A stretch of DNA of 64,000 nucleotides from Eledone cirrhosa (GCA_964016885.1 OZ024743.1:65224001-65288000), one strand, 5' to 3'. Counted from the first letter of the stretch, positions 13,445 to 28,681 are shown. Made by a program: numbers and translations. The notes: generated by a model not told the origin, from the sequence alone.

Positions 13445-13496
<52 letters not shown>

Positions 13497-13537
13497 GAAC
13501 AAAGAATCAGTGTTGCATCATATACATATTCAATTGC

Positions 13538-13624
13538 ATATTACATGTTTCACTGTAGATCAGCCCGAGGAACGATCGATTAATGATCAAAAACTGACTC
13601 TGGAATCGGAAGCTCCGCAGATAT
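13538..13624 (-). ncRNA. degenerate hammerhead motif
   Basis: ATAT-CTGCGGA-GCT...AGT-GAAA-CATG-TA-ATAT; one core mismatch. Confidence 0.5.
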
Positions 13625-13702
13625 TGGTTAACATGTAGACTCACGTCTATATCTAACCCTAACCCTCCGGACACAATTAATTTGCACTTTTAATACACTT
13701 TT

Positions 13703-14059
<357 letters not shown>

Positions 14060-14093
14060 TCTAATGCATTGTTTGGTTTTCAAAACTATTTAT

Positions 14094-14154
<61 letters not shown>

Positions 14155-14159
<5 letters not shown>

Positions 14160-14790
14160 ATATTAATAAATGGAAACTATATTTATAAAACCATATTTGT
14201 TTTATTATACATATTTCAAGGGCAACCAAGGCAAATTATGGTGCGCTTTCATCAGATAAAATACAGTTTTGTTTTATAAATAAATATTGACATACCCGGA
14301 AAAAAAAGACAACCTTAATGGTTGGAGCTTCCTGGATAGTGGAGATAGTACATTTATTGAGGGTGATACAAAGTTATGAGTGAGTATGCAAATGGGTGTC
14401 CGAAAGGTTGAAAAGATAACGGTTTATTTAAATTAAACTGTTGGAAGAAGATGATATGTAAGGGAGAGAGAAAAAAAGAAAAAAAGAAAATAGAAAGGAG
14501 AAAGATAGAAGAGGAAAGAAAGAACGATTATACATATTGATAGTGAAAATAGAGTGCATGAAGAAATAAGTTTCAAAGGATAAATATACACAGCGTAAGT
14601 ATATCTAAGTGAAAGAAGAAATGAGATTAACGTGGAAGAATAATATTTATAATGCTGGGTTCATTACGTTTTGATTATAATACTTATAATGATAGGTTGA
14701 AAAATTAGATTAAAATTAAATTAAAATTAAAAATTAGAAATCAAAATTAAAGATTAAAATTTACCTTAATATTAAAGATTTAATTTATTA
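14155..14790 (-). mobile_element. PLE 3' end related to the 60415-63207 element, with hammerhead at 14200-14261
   Basis: TTTTAT-CTGATGA-AAG...CTT-GAAA-TATGTA-TA-ATAAAA. Sequence similarity to 60512-60720. Confidence 0.75.
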
Positions 14791-14846
<56 letters not shown>

Positions 14847-15439
14847 CCACACATACATTTCTACTTAATATTTGTGTATATGTAATTTAAGTTCAGTGTT
14901 TGTGTAAGTTACAGTCCATGGAAGTGAGTGTGTGTATGAGTATGTATGTCTGCGTGTGTTTGTGTGTATAAATTCTACTTGATGAAAGCGTGCTTGTATA
15001 TGTAAAGTCATGCAGAAGTGTGTGTGAGTGTGTTTGTGAGTGAATGAACGTGTGTATGTAGTGTGTGTGCGTGTGTCTGTGAATGTAGTGTATGTACGTG
15101 TGTATATTTAGTGTGTGCATGTGTGTGTGTGTTTTTATATATCTATTGTGTGTGTATACATGCATATAGGTAGTATGCGCGTGCTGGACATGTGTCTGTC
15201 GTCTGGTTGTGTTTTGTCTGTCGTCTGCCGTCCTCCATATATCTATATGTCAGCAGAGAGACAGAGACGGCGACTGAAGTGAAATAGTGATGGCCAGGAA
15301 GTGAGTTATTATCTGTCAGTAATGATTCGGCTGGAATGGCGGTTAATTGCTCTCCAATAGTATTTGGTTACATGGATAATAAACAGGAAACGGCGTCGGC
15401 TTTCGCAAGGAGCAATAGGAGATGGTCGACTGAGTTGAT

Positions 15440-15820
15440 GTTGGTGATGATAATGGTGATGATGGTGGAGGTCGTGAGGGTGGCGGTGGAGGAGGTGATG
15501 GTGACGGGATGGTGATGTTGGCTGTGGCGGTGGAAGAGGCGATGGTGGTGGTGGTGGTGGTGGCTGTGGAAGAGGTAATGGTGGCGGTGGAGGTGGTGAT
15601 GGTGATGCTGGAGTAGGTGGTGGTGGTGGAGGTGATGGTGATTGTGGCGGTGGAAGAGGCGATGGTGGTGGCGGTGAGGATAGAGGTGGTGGCGGTGATG
15701 GTGATGTTGATCGTGGGGGTGGCGGTGGCAGTGGAGGAGGTGATAGTGATCGTGACGGGGGAAGAGTTGATGGTGATGGTGGTGGTAGAGGAGGTGATAG
15801 TGATGGCGGTGATGGTTCTG
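15440..15820. repeat. degenerate (GGT/GAT)n low-complexity tract
   Basis: Trinucleotide periodicity; open in most frames. Confidence 0.9.
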
Positions 15821-15895
15821 ATGTGACAAGTACTGTCACACAACGCAAACGCACAGACACACACAGACACACACACGCGCGCGCGCACACACACA

Positions 15896-16023
<128 letters not shown>

Positions 16024-16029
16024 CATATA

Positions 16030-17230
16030 TATAAAAGATAAACAGAAATAACAACACAATCGGTACAGTATATGGAAGGAACATATTAGGTTAACGCTTG
16101 AAACAGCAGCAAGAGGGTCTTAACGTTTCGGACGCTAGTCCTTCATCAGAAGAAATAATGAGAAATTAGAAAGATTGAAGGGACGGGTTGGATGGAATTG
16201 GAAAAAATGTTTTTAGATAAAAATAACAGGTCCATTCTTGTTGACATCTCTTGGAAAACTGTTGATGCTGGCGTTTTGTGTATGATTTAATTTTTTAGAA
16301 AAGTGGATGATGGAGCGCGTCTACTTGAAATGAAAAAAAAAACGTTGTGTATGAAGAACTATACTTCTGCACTTGAGTGTGTACGAGCGCGCGCGCGCGC
16401 GTGTTTTTATACGACCGTACGAAGCTAAGTGGATATGTGTGTGTATTTATAAGTAAACGAGTGTGTGTGCTTGTAAGTACGAAGCTATGAGCAAAGGTAT
16501 GTTAATATAAGGGTGTGTCTGTGTATACAGAGCAGTGAAGGGAAAAGTGGCGATGCGTGCGCGTATTTTGTTGGTCTGTATCAGCTATAAGAGTATATGT
16601 TTCTGACCATAAGAGAGCCATAGGAATCTAGTGGTGAATGTAGAAGCGCGTGTGTGATAACGGGCGGGGTAAACATGACGGGGCAAAGGGTAGAGAAGTA
16701 AACACGAACGTATATGTGTAATATTAAAGAAATTGGGGAGGGGAGTTGAGTCCATGAGAGAAACAGAACCTAAGGCGGTAAATCAGACTCTGTTCAGTCC
16801 TAGTGTGCGAGGCCTGTGATCTGTGATGTAAAAGGACACCAAGGACTGAGGCATGTAGGGAAAAGTGACCCGAGGAACGGAAATAATGGGTGACGGGAGT
16901 ATCCATACCGAGTCGTATGTCCCTCAAATGTTCAGCAAAACGGTCCGCCAAACAGCGTTCCGTTTGTCTGATGTATAAGGACGGAGGGCATAGGCAACAT
17001 GGGTAGAGGTGCAGGTGAAGGATTGGTAGATACGGAATTAACCGTTGGGATTTGTGAGAGTGGTGAGGCTGGAAATGAGATGACAAGTGTTACAGCGGGG
17101 ACGAGAACAAGAATGAGCCGAGTGGAGTCGTAGGAGAGGACGAGAAGGAACTGCGTACCAGGAGGTCGCCGAGGATTCGGGCGCGCTTAAATGCGGTTAG
17201 GAAAAAAGCGAGAAGTGACGGGGAAAAAAA
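16030..17230 (-). mobile_element. Penelope-like element (second clade), 3' part with decayed GIY-YIG
   Basis: ORF 16724-17086 LYIRQTERCLADRFAEHLRDI...PVTHYF...EQSLIYRL...GLN. Hammerhead in the 3' UTR. Confidence 0.8.
16118..16153 (-). ncRNA. minimal hammerhead motif
   Basis: TCTT-CTGATGA-A-GGAC-tagc-GTCC-GAAA-CG-TT-AAGA. Confidence 0.75.
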
Positions 17231-17246
17231 GCGAGAGAAAGAGAGT

Positions 17247-17328
<82 letters not shown>

Positions 17329-17579
17329 GATACACACACACACACACACACACATACACACACACACATATATATATATATATGGTTAGACGATAATAAA
17401 AATATTTCAGTCATATTACACCTTAAATAGCTCATTAAATACTTTATTGGCTTAAAACTATAATTTTGTAGAGATTCATTTTTTCAAAATTATATTTAGG
17501 TGTAAAAATTTACTGAATATTAAAAGTAAGCATTGCAAACAAAAAATACATTTAAAAATAAAAATGTAATTTCACTTAC

Positions 17580-17607
17580 CAATTCGGGCTTATACCGCGG
17601 TTTCATT
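17580..17607 (-). other. candidate 28-nt micro-exon
   Basis: tttctttacCAG|AATGAAACCGCGGTATAAGCCCGAATTG|GTAAGT in non-repetitive AT-rich sequence. Confidence 0.3.
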
Positions 17608-17863
17608 CTGGTAAAGAAATATATATTAATTAAGTAATTAATCACTTAATTTAGACGCCGTAAACTCATTAGTAAGTAATGTCTTAAAACATGCCGTATG
17701 GCTATTACAAGATAATTCAAGTGTTGTGTTGTTACATGTCTAGACAGCAAAAAGACGCTAATATTATAAATAAAATTATATTTTCTCTAGAGTTCTTATA
17801 TATTTGATATATATTTCTTATATATTTGAAATATTGGATTTTAGTGTTCACATTTATTATTAT

Positions 17864-17923
<60 letters not shown>

Positions 17924-17931
<8 letters not shown>

Positions 17932-18550
17932 ATACTTTGGGAGGGTCATGTTGCCAATAAGAAACACACGCACCAGTTGCTTTCACTTCAATTTATTATA
18001 TATTTATAAATTTATAAATTTACAAATCTACAAACTTATAAATTATAAATTTCTGGTTGGTTGGTTGGTTCCACAACCAGATAGTTGTTTATATATATAG
18101 TCATAGTCCTTTCGTCACACACTCTGTGACCTCTTCAGTGACTGGGGATTCCTTTCTTCGTTTCTGTGCCTTTTCTTTCTTCTATCCTACGCCATTTTGT
18201 TTCTGTGTGACACACAGAAACAAAATGGCGTAGGATAGAAGAAAGAAAAGGCACAGAAACGAAGAAAGGAATCCCCAGTCACTGAAGAGGTCACAGAGTG
18301 TGTGACGAAAGGACTATGACTATATATATAAACAACTATCTGGTTGTGGAACCAACCAACCAACCAGAAATTTATAATTTATAAGTTTGTAGATTTGTAA
18401 ATTTATAAATTTATAAATATATAATAAATTGAAGTGAAAGCAACTGGTGCGTGTGTTTCTTATTGGCAACATGACCCTCCCAAAGTATAACAATATCGGT
18501 TTCAACACACGATTTCAGATAAAGAATCTTGCTAAACAAATTCAGAAACG

Positions 18551-18551
<1 letters not shown>
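17924..18551. mobile_element. perfect 286-bp-arm palindrome (centre 18210) of PLE-type ends plus a 55-bp tail
   Basis: 17924-18209 mirrors 18211-18496. Identical peptides appear in the + and - ORF tracks. Flanked by (TA)n. Confidence 0.85.
18277..18321 (+). ncRNA. minimal hammerhead motif (mirror at 18099-18143, minus)
   Basis: AGTCA-CTGAAGA-G-GTCACA..TGTGAC-GAAA-GGAC-TA-TGACT. Confidence 0.8.
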
Positions 18552-20401
<1,850 letters not shown>

Positions 20402-20403
20402 GT

Positions 20404-20640
20404 ATATTTATTAAAATAACAGATTAAAGTTTAAGCAAAGAATCGCTGCTTTCACCCTTAACGGGATCTTCTGAAACTTCTGAGTTTCAGAAGATCCTGT
20501 TAAGGGTGAAAGCAGCGATCCTTTGCTTAAAATTTAATCTGTTATTTTAATAAATATTTGCTCTACGGTTCTTATATATCTGATATATATTTATCCTCAT
20601 CGAGCCCTCTTTGGATTTTAGTCTTCAAATTTATTATTAT

Positions 20641-20644
<4 letters not shown>
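20404..20644. mobile_element. short fold-back family (other copies 27025-27256, 27830-27990, 54277-54300)
   Basis: About 75-bp inverted arms centred near 20480, plus a one-sided tail; lies in (TA)n. Confidence 0.75.
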
Positions 20645-20708
<64 letters not shown>

Positions 20709-20892
20709 GATACGAAATATTTATACAAATTGTATAAAGCTCTGCTTGAAGCGAAATCCTATTTCTTTCACCCCCCCCCCCCACACACACACAGACATAC
20801 ACACACACACACACACACATATATATATGGCGTTACAAGTATGAATATAGCCAGATATAGTATAACAAATATAATACAGAGCCGAAATACAA

Positions 20893-21376
20893 TCTAAACT
20901 ATAATAAAGTAAGGAGCGCGGGACTGCGTACGGTTATAATTTTTTTTATCCCATTAGTAAAATAAGTTGAATTACTTTGAATAAATAATGAATGAATATT
21001 ATATAATTTATCTACTAAATTTCGTGGCTGTTGATTAAATATATTTTGTTTATTTAAGGATTCACTTCTTTAAAATTTCTGAAATGTCAACACTTTCGGT
21101 TGGCCATCGCTTAAATAAACATACTGATTTTCTGTCACTAATTATCTCCTAATGCAGTTTATATATAATATCGTCTTTTTTAATGTATCATGGATTACGT
21201 TACTGATTACATAAGACAGTGTAACGCAGTCTTCGTTCAATTTCTATGTATTATGTATTGTCAATTAACATTTTATTTTTTGTATCATATCTACATGTAT
21301 ATATACCTGCGTATAATATCAATATACACACTACACATGCTAGCAGAAAACCACCCGAAGGGTGGCTTTCTGCTAG
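20893..21376 (+). mobile_element. non-autonomous Helitron
   Basis: A|TC start; hairpin CCACCCGAAGGGTGG, then CTAG|T. Shares an internal block with the Helitron at 27615. Confidence 0.75.
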
Positions 21377-21417
21377 TGTAAATAATAATCAAAGAGTATT
21401 TAATCTTTCAAACATTT

Positions 21418-21470
21418 AATAACTAACGACCGTTTCATCCTAGCATAAGAAAGTATTCTTCAGAGTTATT
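21418..21470 (-). ncRNA. minimal hammerhead motif
   Basis: AATAACT-CTGAAGA-AT...AT-GAAA-CGGTCG-TT-AGTTATT; 7-bp stem I. Confidence 0.7.
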
Positions 21471-22200
21471 GGAGGAGTTAAATACAAATATAGGAGTTAA
21501 ATATTGATGCTGAAAAGGTTTGTAAGTTAGAAATGGCCTGGGCCAATACTGGCCGAAACCTATCAAAGTTATCAAAGTTAATAGGAGACAGAGGAAACAA
21601 TCATTTCTGATAAAATATCTAGCACGGCTCTGTCGGAACTGATTTGGTCGCTAAAACATAAACAAGTGGAATACTCCCTTTCTTGTTCAAAACTTTCACA
21701 TGCTTTTCCATATATAAATGGATCTATATCTAGGGGTTGTGACATCTGTACTACAGAGACTCTACACATCATAAATGGTAGGCAGAAAATTATTAATAAA
21801 CGCTCTGAAATTTTTAACAAAATTAACAAGAGTATATAGTTAAATAATGTTAAATAGACCACCAAATAATTAATTAACCATTCATTGATTTATAGATGCA
21901 TTATAACATCAGAATCAAAGTACAAATATCTAAAATTAGAATTAGTATCTCAGTGAATAAAATCTAGTATAAAAAAATAAAATAGACTAACAGTTCATAC
22001 ATGCCTCAATATGAATCAAGTGACCAATCTGGTAACTTGATACCCTAGCCAGTTTACAAGCAGCAACCAATTGGAATATCTATCTCCCGCACATATAAGA
22101 ACTGCAACTTGAGAATTTTAGACATATGCTTACTGGTTGGCGAAGGGAATAACACGCATGACCAGTAACATATCAATGGATATTTATATCTCGTTTAGAT

Positions 22201-22272
22201 TTTTGTCCGAAGAGAACACGTTGGGCAGTTTTTATACAACCGTTTTACGTGTTTGAAATACGTATAACAGAA
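22201..22272 (+). ncRNA. hammerhead motif with CCGAAGA core
   Basis: TTTTGT-CCGAAGA-GAACACGT...ACGTGTTT-GAAA-TACGTA-TA-ACAGAA, overlapping AATAAA. Confidence 0.7.
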
Positions 22273-22312
22273 TAAATAGGGATGTGCAAATGAAATCGTC
22301 TTTCTTGTTTCA

Positions 22313-22530
22313 GCGGATTGGCAGAATCGGTAGAGCGTCGGACAAAATGCTTCACAGCATAGAGTTACGGGTCTTTACGTTCTGAGTTCAAATCCCGTCG
22401 ATGTTAACTTTGCCTTTCATGCTTACGGGGGTCGATAATATAAAATACCAGTCACGCACTGGGGTCGATTTAATCTACTTTCCCCTCCCCCAAAATTGCT
22501 GGCCTTGTGCCTATACTAGAAACCATTATT
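22313..22530 (+). mobile_element. tRNA-derived SINE (family A)
   Basis: A/B boxes and the shared family body. Confidence 0.8.
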
Positions 22531-22583
22531 ATATATATATATGTGTGTGTGTGTGTGTATGTGTGTGTGTGTGTGAGACAGCT

Positions 22584-22797
22584 CTATGCAGGTTTAGCTG
22601 GCCTCCTCCAAGGTATATCTCGCTGGAGGTGTCTTGGGTAATTTAATGATAGGGATCCCAGTCCTATCAACTCATTTCTACAGCTGAGTAAACTGGAGCA
22701 ACGTGAAATAAAGTGTCTTGCTCAAGGAAACAACACATCACCCGGTCCGAGAATTGAACTCACAACCTTTCGATTGCGAGCCCAATGCTCTAACCAC
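22584..22797 (-). mobile_element. tRNA-derived SINE (family B)
   Basis: Near-identical to 3216-3430. Confidence 0.8.
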
Positions 22798-23057
22798 ACG
22801 CGCGCGTGTGTAGGTAATATTAAGTCATTTTATTCATTTTACGCGCGTTTCACTAATAACAAATACCACCAGTTGAGATACACACACACATATGGTGACA
22901 GCTTGAATAGACCTGTTTTTTTTCTCAAAGAATGTTTTTTCTCTCTGTCACAACCCATGTTTCTTCTTTATACTGTGGCGTTTGCTTTGTTATTTCTGTT
23001 TGCCTTTTGCCCCCCCCCCATATATAATGTCTATTTTTCTAAAATGTATTTTGAAAA

Positions 23058-23113
<56 letters not shown>

Positions 23114-23133
23114 GTGTGTGTATGTACGTGTGT

Positions 23134-24488
23134 CTACTACTTACTAATACCCCTTCGTTAAATTGGTGAACCCGGCGCGATTTAAAAAAAACAAAACAAA
23201 AACGAAGTGGTATTTAAAAAAAAAGAAAACAACATGCAACCTTTTTTTCTATGATATGATAAAACTTCACTTTTTCAAATTATTCACCAAACTTCCATTC
23301 TACTGAATATTAAACACACGAGAAACTCACCCACGGGTACTACTCGCTTTGACTCACTCAAGCACGCAACTCAAAATTGCACTCACTCATGTCAGCATAA
23401 ACCTCGACTCACTGGAAAAGCATCTTACGCATGATAATACATTGAGATTCAATGGGTCGAGGTTCGGCAACAGCTATTAAACACATGATAAACAACCCCC
23501 GGTTACTACTCGCTTGAACCCACTCAAGCACGCAACTCAAAATTGCACACACTCACGTCATAGCGTAACCCTCGACTTACCGGAAAAGAATCTTACGTAT
23601 GATGATACATCGAGAGAAATAGTCCTCTGTGTTGTCATATCGTAATCCGATACCGTAACCCCAACGTCCATCCATACACAACAGTTCGAAATACATGATT
23701 ACAACTTTGTATATTTACAGTTTCTTCTAAATGTTACACACACACATGCATACACTGTTATACAATATATATATATTTTTTTCTCTCTCCAAATTTCTCT
23801 ACACTCGAAGTGCGGGCGCAGTACCCACATTTTGTGTGTTTTGGGACACGCTTCTAGAATCAGATTTCACTACCCCTTTTATAATTGATCGATGTTCCTG
23901 CATCGATCTGGGTAGGGAACTAATGTAGCGAAATCTGTCCACGCCTTGAACCTTGGGTGACACCTAAAGGTCAAACTCTAGGTCACCACCCTTTTGGTGT
24001 GAAAAGGTTCATGCGTGGGCTATCCCCTCAAGGTGGGAGACAGAAAACGACAGGTATATAAAGACTGTATCATCCTACAGAAATACAGAGAGATCGGAGC
24101 ATTACGCTAGCAACAAACTATGTAAAGATTCACCGCTACCTTCAGACCCCAGTGGTCTACAGACATACAGAGAGATCGGAGCACAACGATACAGACCAGC
24201 TATGTAAGGATTCACCGCTATCTACAGGCCACAGTGGTATACAGTCAATTACAGACCATTACCCCCTCTCTCTCTCTCCTGGTCGCAGACCAAACCAGCT
24301 TCATGAACCAACAACAAAAATAACATTGTCAACCTTTGCAACTCGTGGTAATATGTTTATTGTTCTTTTTGACTCAAGTGAAGTAAACCATCATATATAG
24401 ACTAAATCATTTATTTATGTTATTACATCTAACAATCATGTTACATCATCTAACAATAACTACTACTTACTAATACCCCTTCGTTAAA
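23134..24488 (+). mobile_element. non-coding LTR retroelement with truncated 5' LTR
   Basis: 30-bp LTR end (23134-23163 = 24460-24489), followed by PBS-like TGGTGAACCCGGCGCGAT. Purine tract GGGTAGGGAA precedes an LTR starting TGTAGCGAA at 23924. TATATAAA lies inside the LTR. Confidence 0.65.
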
Positions 24489-24557
24489 TATATACTACCA
24501 ATTGATGTCAGTTCATTAACTTACTTTTCTATTTTCTTGTATCATATATCATGTGTG

Positions 24558-24641
<84 letters not shown>

Positions 24642-25121
24642 GCATACATACACATGGTATTGGTTACATTTTGTTTAGGCAATATTTACTGATGTAATAT
24701 TGTATTATATATTGTACACTCACACACACATACGCACACACATACACACATATACACATGCATTTTTTCCTAAAACTTATTTTGAAATCTGATATATTGA
24801 TAGTTGTGACTACAGCTATGGTTGTTTGTAGGAACACTCATTTTGAACATTACTCTATATTTACTATTATATTTTCACGGTAAAAGCTTTACCTTACATA
24901 CTTATCTCTCATAATATCGAATCTATGAGATTTTGATGTTATTTATTTTAAGTACAATACCTTAACATCAGTATGAGCAGCCATTTTGAATAGAAAGAGG
25001 TGAGAGAATTCCGGCCGGATATGGCCGGTTTAAATGCTAAAGGGTTAATTCAGGCTAGTGAATCTCATGGCTGTACTTTTTACTCAGCTGACTAGTTTTT
25101 AAATACACGAAGGGTTTAGAT

Positions 25122-25735
25122 CAGGTGTGGGGAACCTTTTCATGTTGAAAGGCCACATTAAGCTAATTAACTCAATGTGGCCTTTCAACATGAACTAATA
25201 AGGCCGCATTCAAGAAACCATAATTATATAAAAAATTGCCCTCCCCCTTTAGGTTGCTCCTGCGTTACAACAGACAATAACTAAAACGAATACGAATATA
25301 CGGCCAAGTTGTGTAACTTTTTAAAATTCTACTTCAAATGGAAATCCACATACATAATTGTCAAATTTTGATAACCACTGGCATACTAAATCCCGTGGGT
25401 TCTCACCAACCATCCTTGGCCGATAGTGGCTTCAGTCAAGTAGGAATTTAATGTATATTCTAGAATTGTATGAGAACTATAACATAAGTGTAGAAAGTGC
25501 TGCAATGGTCCTTATGATCTACTAATGTTTTAATTCTGGTTGTCTGTCAGTGTGGATTATTTCGTTGAATTTTCTTTTACTCTTTGGTATTTCAAATATG
25601 TTCATCTTATGGTTTAGATTAAAATAATAAAAGATAGACAAAAACATAATGAAAATTAGAAATTTGCTGGAAATGTTTGATTCTTTCAAAAGTCCGCACA
25701 GAATGGCATAGAAGTCCACAGGTGCTCCGTCTCTG
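25122..25735. mobile_element. hAT Charlie-type non-autonomous element
   Basis: CAGGTGTGGGGAACC start and degenerate right TIR; TSD GTTTAGAT/GTCTAGAT matches the NTCTAGAN preference. Confidence 0.6.
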
Positions 25736-26475
25736 GTCTAGATGATATATGTAATTATTTCAATACTTTAATGTTTGAAGCGAAGAATTGCTGGTTTGGT
25801 TAATGTGTTGGATTAAAAACGCTTTGTTTCAGTGTTTTCTGAGTTCAAATCCAGCCGAGGTCAACTTTGTTTTTCATCTTTTCGGTCTCTAAAACTAAAG
25901 AACTAGTCTAGTACAGGAGTCGATTCTTCCTTTATATCCACCTCTTTTTCTTTCTTGTGTAGAAATCGGCTGCGTTCTGACCCTCAATGGAATGGACTCC
26001 ACCAGGTTTAAAATGGCCAAGACATGCCTTGTGTCAGGATTGTGCCCCTACGACACCCCTAGGAGTTAAGGGCCACTTGCCTTTATTTATACTATATATA
26101 TATATCATATTTATTAAAGCCAAATTTGGTCACTTTCATATTTATTTTACTGTTAGTGTCCTTCCACAATGCCATGGGTCCCTCGCATCCCGTCTTTTTC
26201 GTAAACAACTGATAATCTTTCACTTAGGGACAACCGTTCCCCGAGGTGTCAATAATCGTTTAGTTTTCCTTAACCTTCTCTTCACACTGTGAAACATGTA
26301 CTTTGTCAGTATCTCTTTCCCAACCTCACGTACACAATGCCTTGTTTACACCTAAAACATTTAGCTACTCCATCCCCCTTCCACACATCACGCCCGTCTT
26401 ATAAAAGTAGTGTAATAATATCTCCTAATTCGCTACTACTACCTCCACCTTCTCCACTCTCTCACACGCTTCCCA

Positions 26476-26533
<58 letters not shown>

Positions 26534-26889
26534 CTTAATTTTATCAGCACCTAACCAACATTATGTGTGTGTTGTTGGACCTCCGTTGGTTCTGACGATG
26601 AATGTTCCAGTTGATTCGATCATACCATTCTATAATGCAAGAGACACTTTTAAACTGGCCCTTCATTCGGGCACGTGGACACAAATATGAAAAAGGAAGT
26701 TGATGTCTCTAGGCCGAATCTCACTCCTAATCGTAGAGAGCTGTGTTCGATGCGGGGGAGGTAATCATGTGCTGAAACCATTGGTAGCACATACATGTTA
26801 AGTGTATGAAACTTTGTTTATACTAAATAAGCTCTCTTGCAACAGATCGAGCACTATTTTCCTTGATCTTTCATCCACGGATTTCTACC

Positions 26890-27028
<139 letters not shown>

Positions 27029-27317
27029 ATAACAGATTAAAGTTTAAGCAAAGAATCGCTGCTTTCACCTTTAACGGGATCTTCTGAAACTAAAAAAAAA
27101 AATCAATCTGTGAACGCAGAAGTAAATAATTCGAAAAACGTTGCAACTGCGATTCTTTGCTTAAACTTTAATTTGTTATTTTAATATATATTTGATCTAT
27201 ATTTATCCTTATCGAGCCCTCTTTGGATTTTAGTCTTCACATTTATTATTATTACTATATATATATATAAATATAAATATATATATATATATGGTTACCC
27301 CCGATTGAACCCGGTAT

Positions 27318-27473
<156 letters not shown>

Positions 27474-27614
27474 TATATGTATGTAAAAGGTAAACAGAAA
27501 AAAACAACACAATCGGTACAGTATATAGAAGGGGTATATTAGGTTATATATATATATACACTAATAAAAGATTGGAGGCCATATTCAGTTGATTCAGGTT
27601 TATTTAAAACTCCA

Positions 27615-27985
27615 TCTATACTATAAAGCTGACGGCCGTATGTAAGTAACAAACTTTCCGGCAAGCGGCTGGACCAAACGGCACCAAATTTGCACCATAG
27701 ATGTAACTTTTTCCAAGTAAGAAAGTGCGGGTATTTTTGTCTACTAAATTTTGTTAAAAGATTAAAGACATTTAAATATTCACTTCTTTAAAATTTTCAA
27801 ATGTCAACACTTCCGGTTATACGACATTCCTAACGTTTTCACGAACCAAAGTATCATCTTCCTGTTTTCTTTCGGTTGCAACGTTTTTCGAAATATTTAC
27901 TTCTGCGTTCACAGATTGATTTTTTTAGTTTCAGAAGATCCCGTTAAGTGTGAAAGCAGGGATTCTTTGCTTAAAATGTAATCTG

Positions 27986-28028
<43 letters not shown>

Positions 28029-28681
28029 ATTATATATTCGTGTACAGATATTTTTGCATACACAAAAATAAAATCTAAACGAACGTATTTATTTCACGAA
28101 AGCACAGACGGCTTATCGTCTTTGTTACTGCCGATATGCCACCCAAAAAGTCCTAGCCTGGCCGCAAGATCAGATTTTCCAGAAGAAAAAAATGTTACTA
28201 GAGGAACAGAGAGACTAAGCTTCGCGATTACCATCAACAAAGCTCAGGGTCAAACCCTAAAAGTGGCTGGTCTTCATCTGGGAAAACTATGTAGGATGCT
28301 CTAGGGTAAGCTCGCCAAACAATCTCTTCATTTTTGCTCCCGAGGGCCGAACAAAAAATATTGTATACTCTGAGGCTCTAACAATGTAATTTATGTTACT
28401 TGGAATTTCCATTATGGTTGTAACAATTTTTGTAAAGTTTGTTAAAAAATTTGTTCTCTGTTCAACCATTATTGTTGTAACTATCAATTTTCTTTAACGT
28501 ACTGGCTGCTGAACTGGGGAATCCTAAAAATTATTCAAACCCAACATCAGAGCACGCCCCCCCCCCCCCATCGCTGACTTGAAAGGGCGTGCTGTATCTA
28601 TGCACTGGAGTGGATGGGGGATTCCTGGAAAGATAAAATGCCGGTAAACCTAGCCGGACGCCAGCCGGACGAGCCAGCTAG
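27615..28681 (+). mobile_element. internally deleted Helitron with Pif1-like helicase remnant
   Basis: A|TCTATACTATAAAG start; RLSFAITINKAQGQTLKVAGLHL at about 28210-28280; CCGG..CCGG hairpin and CTAG|T end. Confidence 0.9.

Larger units (their letters stand above)
11583..13447. mobile_element. Penelope-like retroelement, 5'-truncated, joined head-to-head to an inverted shorter copy
   Basis: 12848-13447 is the reverse complement of about 11646-12246. GIY-YIG coding sequence in both arms. Both ends abut microsatellites. Confidence 0.9.

Noticed and set aside
13653-13666. Telomere-like CTAACCCTAACCCT
   Set aside because: Only about two units; not distinguishable from chance.
26742-26791. Possible hammerhead TGTGT-TCGATGC...GAAA-CCATTGG-TA-GCACA
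   Set aside because: Stems I and III pair, but the core has three mismatches to CTGANGA and stem II is absent; too decayed to call.
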